From: an uncultured Actinomycetota bacterium
GTDB taxonomy: Bacteria > Actinomycetota > Acidimicrobiia > Acidimicrobiales > Palsa-688
Assembly: GCA_963757175.1 (NCBI GenBank)
Contig: CAVWQR010000005.1
Location: 45,205-109,204 of the forward strand
Length of the DNA stretch: 64,000 nucleotides
Direction: 5' to 3'
In this document: in pieces, positions 55,734 through 64,000 of the stretch
How positions within the stretch are numbered: the stretch's first letter is position 1
Layout: every line of letters begins with the position of its first letter
Position numbers and translations under genes: made by a program
Notes under the pieces: model-generated
Seen by the model: only the letters and a program-made list of their open reading frames with translations
The model's database searches: none
What the model was told of the DNA's origin: nothing

Positions 55734-56477
55734 ATGACGGATGCCCGGCCCGACCCGGAGCTGGACGCCGCCGACCTGCCCGGCCGGCGCCAGCGGGTGC
55801 GCAACGCCACCGTGGCCGAGATCAAACGGCTGGCCTGGGACCAGATCGCCACCGGCGGGCCCGCCGCCCTGTCGCTGCGCGCCCTGTCGCGCCAGATGGG
55901 CATGACCGGATCGGCCATCTACCGCTACTTCTCGGGGCGAGAGGCGCTGCTGACCGCCTTGATCACCGACGGCTTCGCCTCGCTGGCCGACGCCCTCGAA
56001 GCCGCCGAGGCCGGCCTGGACGACGAGGTGGACGCGGCCGAGCGTTGGCTGGGGACGGCGCGGGCCTACCGGAGCTGGGCCAAGGCCCACCCGACCGAGT
56101 ACGCGCTGATCTTCGGAACCCGCTCGCCACACGTCGAGGACCCGGGCGAGGCGGTCCAGCGCCAGCACCGTCGCGGCGTCGACGTGCTGTTCCGGGTCAT
56201 GCAGTCCTGCGTGGCCGAGGGCCGCGCCGACCTGGCCGAGCAGGAAGCCACGCTGACCCCGGCGCTGCGGGCGCAGCTGGAAGCGTGGCGGCGGGGCGAC
56301 GCCCTCGACCTGCCGGCGGCGGCGCTGGCCGGGTGCATGACGGCGTGGACCCAGCTGCACGGGATGCTGTCCCTGGAGCTCTTCGGCGGCTTCCCGCCGT
56401 GGCTCCAGCCCCTCGACGAGCTGTTCGACCAGCAGATGCGCCACGTCGTGGCGCGCATCGGCGTCAGAACCGGGTGA
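55734..56477 (+). CDS. TetR/AcrR family transcriptional regulator
   Basis: ORF 55734..56477. The HTH is 'ATVAEIKRLAWDQIATGGPAALSLRALSRQMGMTGSAIYRYFSGREALL' and there is a 'WTQLHGMLSLELFG' C-terminal motif. It is divergent from the MMPL gene. Confidence 0.85.
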   Translation: MTDARPDPELDAADLPGRRQRVRNATVAEIKRLAWDQIATGGPAALSLRALSRQMGMTGSAIYRYFSGREALLTALITDGFASLADALEAAEAGLDDEVDAAERWLGTARAYRSWAKAHPTEYALIFGTRSPHVEDPGEAVQRQHRRGVDVLFRVMQSCVAEGRADLAEQEATLTPALRAQLEAWRRGDALDLPAAALAGCMTAWTQLHGMLSLELFGGFPPWLQPLDELFDQQMRHVVARIGVRTG

Positions 56478-57359
56478 TCTCGCCGGCCGGGGCCATGGCG
56501 ATGTGGGGGTCGGCGGCCGGGCGCAGCGCCCGCAGCAGGGCGTCGAGGTCGGGCAGCGGGATGGCGACGCAGCCGGCGGTGGGCTGGCCGGTGTCGACGT
56601 GCAGGAAGATGCCCGAGCCGGCGCCGGCGACGACCGGGTCGGCGTTGTAGTCGATCACCGCGAAGCTCGGGTAGGGGGCGGTTTCCGTCCACAACGCCTC
56701 GCTGCCGCCGCCGAAGGGCGGATTCTGTCCGCACGGCACGTGCTGGAAGGTGTTGTACGCCGGCGAGGTCGGGTCCTCGTCCCACCAGTCGCCGCACACC
56801 AACGGGTGGTAGGCGTAGGCCACCCCCGGGTCGGGGGCGTTGCCGTACATGACCGGGCCGATGCTGTAGATCCCCGTGGGCGTGCTGTCGTCGCCTTCCA
56901 CGTGATGGTCGGAGAAGCCGCTGGCGCCGATCAGCCCCGGCCACGGCCCGCCGGCCACCGCCCAGCACGTCCCGGCGCGCTGCCACAGGGTCGACGGTGA
57001 CCGCGTCGGTGGCGGAGGAGGCGGCCTCGGCGGTGATCAGCTGGGTGCCCCCGCCCGTCGACGCCAGGTCGGCGGCCAGCCCGGGCGCACACGCCGGCGT
57101 CGTCGTCGCCACCGGAGCCGCGGTGGTGGGGCGGCGTGGTGGCCGGGGCGGTCGACGCCGGCGGCAGGGCGGGCGCCGTCGCCGGCGGCACGGTGGTGGG
57201 TGGGGCCGTCGTGGTGGTGGCCGACGACGGGGGCGCGGCGAGGTGGGAGACGGCGACCCGCGCCGCGCCGGCGGGGTGCGAAGCACCGCAGGCGCCGGCG
57301 GCCAGCGCGAACGCGGCGGCCAACACCGCAGTCCTAGGCTTCCCGGACATCGGGTCCAT
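56464..57359 (-). pseudogene. L,D-transpeptidase (YkuD-like) lipoprotein/secreted protein, two frame breaks as assembled
   Basis: The signal sequence 'MSGKPRTAVLAAAFALAAGACG' and a Pro/Thr linker are in ORF 56931..57359. 'TTAAPVATTTPACAPG...TQLITAEAASSATDAVTVDP' follows in a second frame. The catalytic part is in ORF 56464..56958 ('GDDSTPTGIYSIG', 'GSGIFLHVDTGQPTAGCVAI'). The breaks are near 57128 and 56989. Confidence 0.7.
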
Positions 57360-58228
57360 CCTCTCTGCGCACGCCCGGCGCGGTCGACGATACCGGCCCG
57401 TCGGCGGCCTTCTCGGCGCCGCACTCCTCTCCGTCGGGGCGGTGGCGTGCGGGAGCGGCAGCGCCCATCGGCACGGCGCCGCCCCCGGCCCCGGCCCCGC
57501 CCGCCACGTCCGGCACCACGGCCACCACCACGGCCACCACAGTCCCGGCCACGGTGCCCGGCATCACCACGCCGCCGGCGACGCCGCCGCCCACCACGGC
57601 GACCGTCGGCGCCACCACCGCGGCGGCGCCGACGACGGCGCCACCCACGACCGCGGCGGCGGCCTTCTCGGCCACCACCAGCCCCGTCACCGCCGCCGAC
57701 GTGCCCGCCACGTGGCGGCCGGGGTGCCCGGTGAGCCCCTCCCAGCTGGTGATGCTGCACCTGAGCTACTGGGGCTTCGACGGCCAGGCCCACCAGGGCG
57801 CCATGGTCGTCAACGCCGCCGTCGGCGACCAGGTGACCGGCATCTTCCGCACCCTGTTCAATGACCGCTTCCCGATCTTCGAGATGGTTCCCGAGGACTT
57901 CTACGGCGGCAACGACAACGCCGCCGCCGCGGCCGACGACACCTCCGGGTTCAACTGCCGCGACGCGGTGGCGCCGGGCCCGCCGCAGTGGTCAGTGCAC
58001 GCCTTCGGCGAGGCCATCGACGTCAACGACGTGCAGAACCCCTACGTCGACGGGTCCACCGTCATCCCGCCCGCCGGGTCGGCCTACCTCGACCGGTCCG
58101 ACGTGCGCCCGGGCATGGCCGAGCCGGGCGGACCGCTCAACCAGGCGTTCGCCGCCGCCGGCTGGCAGTGGGGCGGGCGCTGGGCGACGGGCACCGACTA
58201 CCAGCACTTCTCGCTCACGGGCGGCTGA
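57358..58228 (+). pseudogene. M15-family peptidoglycan peptidase (D,D-carboxypeptidase-like), frame broken and start unclear
   Basis: The signal/lipobox-like 'RRYRPVGGLLGAALLSVGAVACGSGSA' is in the frame of ORF 57136..57864. The Pro/Thr/Ala linker and catalytic domain are in ORF 57554..58228 ('SVHAFGEAIDVNDVQNP', 'WQWGGRW...DYQHFS'). The break is near 57465. I see no canonical start codon in frame near 57358. Confidence 0.65.
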
Positions 58229-58725
58229 CCGCCTCGGCGGACACGAACCAGTTGTGGCCGAACGGATCCCGCACCTTGCCCATGCGGGTGCCGTAGGCGT
58301 CGGCCACCGGCCGGAGGATCTCGGCGCCGGCGGCGGCCGCGGCGGCGACCACGGCGTCGGCGTCGGTCACGGTGAGGTACAGCTGCACGGTGGTGGCGCC
58401 GAGGGAGCTCGGGTTGCGGACGTCCTCGGGCGGGTGCTCGCCGGCGACGCGGACGATGCTGTCACCGATGGCGAGCTCGGCGTGGCCGACGCTGCCGTCG
58501 GGCATGACGATGGGCTCGCCGACCAGGCGGGCGCCGAACGCCCGCTGGTAGAAGTCGATGGCGGCCCACGGGTCGTCGACGGAGAGGTAGGTCTCGACCC
58601 GGGCGATGGTCGGGAACCGAGGGGAAAGACGACGCCAGGCGCCGGCGGAGCTCCTCGGCGAACTCGGCCCTCGGAGCCAACGGGGCGCCGTCGCAGCCGC
58701 AGGACGCGTCGAACGGATCAGCCAT
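58215..58725 (-). pseudogene. VOC (glyoxalase/bleomycin-resistance fold) protein with 'DPFDA' N-terminal peptide, frame broken as assembled
   Basis: ATG 58725 gives 'MADPFDASCGCDGAPLAPRAEFAEELRRRLASSFP' (ORF 58462..58725). It continues with 'FPTIARVETYLSVDDPWAAIDFYQRAFGA...GKVRDPFGHNWFV' (frame of ORF 58215..59204). The break is near the G-run 58621-58624. Confidence 0.7.
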
Positions 58726-59204
58726 CGTCGGAGCTCTCTTCGTAGGCGCGCCGGAAGGCGACGCGCGCCCGGACCAGCAGCGCTTCGGTGGCGTGCACGG
58801 TGCGACCCAGCTGCTCGGCCACCTCGGGGACCGGGAGGCCGTCGAGGTAACGCAGGGTCAGGGCGGCGCGGTGGTGGCCACCGAGGCGGGCCAGCACCTC
58901 GTGGGCGCGGGCCCGGTCGAGGGGGGCGTCCCACGGATCCTCGGCCTCGGCCGCCTCGGCTTCCAGACGGTTCCACCGCCGTTCTTCGCGTTCGGTCCGC
59001 CGCCAGTGGTCGACCAGCTTGTGCCGGGCCACGCCGATGAGCCAGCGCACGCTGAGATCGGGGGGCGGTTGGCGCACGGCCGCCAGGAACGTCTCCGCGG
59101 TCAGGTCCTCGGCCGTGGCCTGTCCCCGCAGCGGGGGAGCAGGTACCGTAGACCTCGGGGAGCGCCCGGGGGTAGAGCGCCAGGAGCGGCTGGTGCGCCT
59201 CCAC
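58718..59204 (-). pseudogene. ECF-type RNA polymerase sigma factor, two frame breaks as assembled
   Basis: GTG 59204 gives 'VEAHQPLLALYPRALPEVYG'. About 9 codons follow in a second frame ('YLLPRCGDR'). The 58718.. frame continues with 'ATAEDLTAETFLAAV', 'WLIGVARHKLVDHWRR' and 'AALTLRYLDGLPVPEVAEQLGRTVHATEALLVRAR'. The breaks are near 59145 and 59119. Confidence 0.75.
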
Positions 59205-59966
59205 GCCCGTATCATCGCTCGTCGATGCCGCCCTCCGACGGGCCTTCTCCTAGCTCCCGCCCCCGCCGGCCGCTCGGGGAGGTGGTTCGAAGCCATCGCC
59301 GACCACGCCGGCGCCGCCTACCTGCGCTACTCGTTCACCAAGGGAACCGACCAGGAGGTGGGCTTCCTCGTCGACACCCTCGGCCTGCGCCCCGGGCAGC
59401 GGGTCCTCGACGTCGGCTGCGGCCCCGGCCGCCACAGCCGGGCCCTGGCCGAGCGGGGCCTGTGGGTGGTGGGCCTGGACATCTCGGCCTCGTTCCTCGC
59501 CATGGCGGGCGAGGGGCACTGGACGCGTGGCGACGCCCGACGGCTGCCTTTTCCCCACTCCTCCTTCGACGCGGCGATCTGCTTGTGTCAGGGCGGCTTC
59601 GGCCTGCTGGGCGGGATCGACGACGTCGCCGTCATCGACGAGCTGGCCCGCGTGCTGCGCTCGGGCGCGGTCGCCGCCGTGTCCGCCTTCTCCGCCTACT
59701 TCGCCGTCCGCCACCTCGAGGACGGCGACACCTTCGACGCCGCCCTCGGCGTGAACCACGAGCGGGCCGCCGTGCGCAACCCCGCCGGCGACGAGGCGTC
59801 GTTCGACCTGTGGACCACGTGCTTCACGCCTCGCGAGCTGCGGCTGGTGGCGGCCGGGGCCGGCTTCTCGGTCGAAGGTCTGTGGGCCGTCGCCCCCGGC
59901 GCCTACGCCGCCCGTGCGCCCGATCTCGACCACCCGGAATGGCTGCTGGTGGCCCGGAAGCCGTGA
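59193..59966 (+). CDS. class I SAM-dependent methyltransferase (start uncertain)
   Basis: Lies in the frame of ORF 59019..59966. 'YLRYSFTKGTDQEVGFL' and 'RVLDVGCGPGRHSRALAERGLWVVGLDIS' (motif I) are present. The first in-frame candidate near the homologous region is GTG 59193. An ATG at 59225 in another frame would need one indel in the G-run 59276-59279. Confidence 0.7.
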   Translation: MRLHARIIARRCRPPTGLLLAPAPAGRSGRWFEAIADHAGAAYLRYSFTKGTDQEVGFLVDTLGLRPGQRVLDVGCGPGRHSRALAERGLWVVGLDISASFLAMAGEGHWTRGDARRLPFPHSSFDAAICLCQGGFGLLGGIDDVAVIDELARVLRSGAVAAVSAFSAYFAVRHLEDGDTFDAALGVNHERAAVRNPAGDEASFDLWTTCFTPRELRLVAAGAGFSVEGLWAVAPGAYAARAPDLDHPEWLLVARKP

Positions 59967-60068
59967 CCGCGACCCGGTGTAGCATTGTCGCGGCGAACCG
60001 TTCGCCCCGGCGCCGCCCACGACCGCAAGCGAGCAGCGTCCCCGCCCGGAAAGAAGGCAACCGACCGC

Positions 60069-61463
<1,395 letters not shown>

Positions 61464-61471
61464 CCGCCGCC

Positions 61472-61768
61472 TCAGCGGCCGGAGATCGACTCCTCCGGGA
61501 ACTCCCCGTCGAGGAGCGCCCCGGTCTGGCCCAGCAGCTGGCGGATCTGCTCGGCCGGATAGCGGCGGTGGCCACCCGGTGTCCGCACCGACGGGATGCG
61601 CCCGCGCCGGGCCCACTCCGACACCGTCCGCTCCGACACCTGGAACAGGGCGGCGACGTCAGTGGTGCGTAACAGCTGGCTGTCCAGCCCGGCGGGAACG
61701 TCGGGGCCGAAGAGCGTGGCCAGCAACTGTCGGCGCAGCGCTTCCGGTGTCGGTTCGGTCATCAGCAT
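61472..61768 (-). CDS. helix-turn-helix (excisionase/MerR-like) DNA-binding protein
   Basis: ORF 61472..61768. 'LLRTTDVAALFQVSERTVSEWARRGRIPSVRTPGGHRRYPAEQIRQLL' matches the excisionase-type HTH pattern. Confidence 0.7.
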   Translation of the reverse strand: MLMTEPTPEALRRQLLATLFGPDVPAGLDSQLLRTTDVAALFQVSERTVSEWARRGRIPSVRTPGGHRRYPAEQIRQLLGQTGALLDGEFPEESISGR

Positions 61769-61943
61769 CTGCCCTCTCGCTGGTGCGCGCGACCGTCCCG
61801 CTCTCGGTCCTCATGTCCACCCTGGCCGTTCGGGGCAAACAGGGCAATGGCCCAGGGGAGCTATTTGTGCGCGAGGCGAGCTAGTACGGAAGGACCAGAA
61901 GAGGAGGGTTCTCACGGCAGCCGGGCGGCTAGGTTCGCCGCCC

Positions 61944-62561
61944 ATGCTGCTCGTCGGGCTCACCGGAGGTATCGGCTCGGGCAAGTCGACCGTGGCCGAC
62001 GCACTGGCCCAGCGGGGCGCGGTCGTCGTCGACGCCGACCGTATCGCCCGGGAAGTGGTCGAGCCCGGCGGCCGCGCCTACGGACCGGTGGTCGAGCGCT
62101 TCGGCCCGGCTGTCCTCGACGCCGACAAGCGCCTCGACCGGGGCGCGCTCGCCGGCGTGGTGTTCGCCGACGAGGCCGCCCGCCGGGACCTCGACGCCAT
62201 CACCCACCCGGCCATCGGCCAGGTGATGCTCGAGCGGGTCGCCGAGCACGCCGACACCGACCGGGTGGTGGTGCTGGACATCCCCCTGCTGACGCCGAAG
62301 ACCCGCGACCGCTGGCCGTTTGCGGGCGTGATCGTCGTGGATGCCCCCGTGGAGGTCGCCGTGGAGCGGCTGGTGCGCTTCCGGGGCTTCGACGAGGCCG
62401 ACGCCCGGGCCCGTATCGGCGCCCAGCTCGGCCGGGAGGAGCGCCGGTCGCTGGCCGACGTGGTCATCGACAACGCCGGCGACCGCGAGGCCCTCGACGC
62501 CCAGGTCGACCGCACGTGGGCGTGGATCGGCAGCTTGGACGCGGCCGGCGGTCAGGCCTGA
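61944..62561 (+). CDS. coaE: dephospho-CoA kinase
   Basis: Lies in the frame of ORF 61596..62561 from ATG 61944. The P-loop 'MLLVGLTGGIGSGKSTVA', 'VVDADRIAREVVEPG', 'AITHPAI' and 'VLDIPLL' are present. Confidence 0.9.
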   Translation: MLLVGLTGGIGSGKSTVADALAQRGAVVVDADRIAREVVEPGGRAYGPVVERFGPAVLDADKRLDRGALAGVVFADEAARRDLDAITHPAIGQVMLERVAEHADTDRVVVLDIPLLTPKTRDRWPFAGVIVVDAPVEVAVERLVRFRGFDEADARARIGAQLGREERRSLADVVIDNAGDREALDAQVDRTWAWIGSLDAAGGQA

Positions 62562-63421
62562 TACAGGTAGAAGAAGGTCTCCTGGTCGTCGGTGCACTCC
62601 GCGCTCCACCCGTAGGGCTGCAGCTCGGGCTCGGTCGCGGTGCCGCCGGCGGCCTCCACCCGCCGCACCGCGGCGCGGATGTCCTCCACCCGGTACATGG
62701 GCACGAGGCGCGGCCGGTCGTGGCCGCCGTGCATGCCGGTCATGGGCGCGGTATCGACGGGCCCCCAGCCGTCCTCCACGTGGCCGGGCTCGAAGGTCCA
62801 ACCCAGGACGTCGCCGTAGAAGCGGCGGGCCACCGACGAGTCCCCCACCTCCATGGTGATGTAGGCCAGGTCGCCGGCCTCGACACCGTTGGCCGCCGGT
62901 CGCGGGCGGCGACCGGTAGCCGGGAGCTGGAAGGCGGCGAAGCGCACCCCTTCGGGATCGGTGGCCATGGCGGTCAGGCCCCACGGCTCCTGGGTGGGCG
63001 CCTCCGCCTGACCGCCGGCGTCGACGATGCGCTCGACGGTCTCGGCGATGTCGTCGACGGCATAGGCGGCCATCAGCGTGCTGCGCTCCACCCCGCCGGC
63101 GAAGCCGTGGTCGATGCCGCCGGGAGTCGCCGCCTGGCGGTGGCCGGTCTCGGGCCACCCGAGCACGGCGGAGAAGAAGCGCCGGGCACGCGTCTCGTCG
63201 GGCACCCACAGGGAGGTGTAGCCGACGTCGCCGTGGCGGATCGGGTCGGAGGTGGCGGCGTTGGCGGCTTCGGACGTGACGGGATCGGTCAGGTCGGACA
63301 CGGTGACTCCTCGGGGTAGGGAAAGCGACCGCTGGACGCGGACGCGCAGCTGGGCGGTGAAGGTGGGGTCGGGATCGACGGGCTCGTCGGGGGCGCGCAG
63401 GGCGTCGAAGGGATCAGGCAT
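62552..63421 (-). CDS. two-domain VOC (glyoxalase fold) protein with 'DPFDA' N-terminal peptide
   Basis: ORF 62552..63421. The N-terminus 'MPDPFDALRAPDEPVDPDPTFTAQLRVRVQRSL' is followed by two VOC modules ('GYTSLWVPDETRARRFFSAVLGW' and 'LAYITMEVGDSSVARRFYGDVLGW'). The start lies 8 nt inside the sigma gene. Confidence 0.8.
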   Translation of the reverse strand: MPDPFDALRAPDEPVDPDPTFTAQLRVRVQRSLSLPRGVTVSDLTDPVTSEAANAATSDPIRHGDVGYTSLWVPDETRARRFFSAVLGWPETGHRQAATPGGIDHGFAGGVERSTLMAAYAVDDIAETVERIVDAGGQAEAPTQEPWGLTAMATDPEGVRFAAFQLPATGRRPRPAANGVEAGDLAYITMEVGDSSVARRFYGDVLGWTFEPGHVEDGWGPVDTAPMTGMHGGHDRPRLVPMYRVEDIRAAVRRVEAAGGTATEPELQPYGWSAECTDDQETFFYLYQA

Positions 63422-63968
63422 CGGGCGGTGCCTCGTTCGTGTAGTCGCGCCGGAAGGCGATCCGGGCCCGCACGAGCAGCGCCTCGGTGGCGTGCACGGT
63501 CCGGCCCAGGACGTCGGCGACCTCGGCGACGGGGAGATCGTCGACGTAGCGGAGGGTGAGCGCGGCCCGGTGATGGGGCGACAGGCGGGCCAGCGTGGCC
63601 CGGGCGCTGAGGACGTCGAGCTGGGCGTCCCACGGGTCCTCGACGACTGCGTCCTCGGCGGCGCGGTCCTCGGCGGCCAGGGCGGCCAGGCGGCGCTCCT
63701 CGCGTCCCCGGCGGCGCCAGTGGTCGACCAGCTTGTGGCGGGCCACGCCCACCAGCCACGGGACCGACACCGTCAGCGGATCGTCCCGGCGCACGGCGTC
63801 GACGGCGGCGAGGAACGTCTGAGAGGTGAGGTCCTGGGCCTCGGCCCGGTTGCCGCAGCGGGCCAGGAGGTAGCCGTACACGCGGGGTACGGCGTGGTCG
63901 AACACGTCGACCAGCGCGGCGCCGGCGCCGCCCGCGGGGTTGCCGGCGTCGGCCGGCTGGGCGTTCAC
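63414..63968 (-). CDS. ECF-type RNA polymerase sigma factor
   Basis: ORF 63414..63968 with a GTG start. Region 2 has 'VPRVYGYLLARCGNRAEAQDLTSQTFLAAV' and 'WLVGVARHKLVDHWRR'. Region 4 has 'AALTLRYVDDLPVAEVADVLGRTVHATEALLVRAR'. Confidence 0.85.
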   Translation of the reverse strand: MNAQPADAGNPAGGAGAALVDVFDHAVPRVYGYLLARCGNRAEAQDLTSQTFLAAVDAVRRDDPLTVSVPWLVGVARHKLVDHWRRRGREERRLAALAAEDRAAEDAVVEDPWDAQLDVLSARATLARLSPHHRAALTLRYVDDLPVAEVADVLGRTVHATEALLVRARIAFRRDYTNEAPPDA

Positions 63969-64000
63969 GACCCAAGTGTCGCTCGGCGGGGCACCGGTCC

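Overview
This is a 64-kb, very high-GC chromosomal segment of actinobacterial type. The lineage call rests on gene content (MMPL, ANTAR/PdtaR-like regulator, VKOR, a mycothiol-type DinB protein, Asp23/AmaP, many GTGA/ATGA-coupled genes) and is an inference. The content is mostly housekeeping: trpC-trpF-trpB-trpA, thiM-thiE-thiD, typA, fabD-fabH-acpP-fabF, polA, leuS, rpsA, coaE and one tRNA-Leu(CAA). Accessory modules are interspersed: a VKOR + DUF929 thiol-oxidoreductase pair, an AidB-like dehydrogenase + kinase-like protein, a DGPF/YCII + ECF42-type sigma operon, a CMD-SDR-2x muconolactone-isomerase-like cluster, hsp20-merR, two two-component regulators, and a DtxR-like repressor. There is also an envelope block (MgtC, a coiled-coil glucosaminidase, the Asp23/AmaP locus, MMPL/TetR, and a divergent L,D-transpeptidase/M15 peptidase pair). 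The dominant technical observation is about 30 single-base reading-frame breaks in at least 20 conserved genes, including polA, leuS, typA, fabH and trpA. Several sit in homopolymer runs, so I read them as assembly indel errors rather than biology and annotated those genes across the breaks as pseudogenes 'as assembled'. I found no CRISPR array, no rRNA, no transposase or integrase, and no recognisable defence system. The most interesting candidates are listed below.
- Two paralogous ECF sigma / VOC (glyoxalase-fold) cassettes share the same 8-nt start-stop overlap and a conserved 'DPFDA' N-terminal peptide on the VOC protein.
- FabD is fused to a lysine-less biotinyl-like domain.
- A low-GC islet abuts tRNA-Leu and has a degenerate copy of the tRNA T-arm at its far end.
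- A K+ channel carries RCK modules on both sides of the pore.
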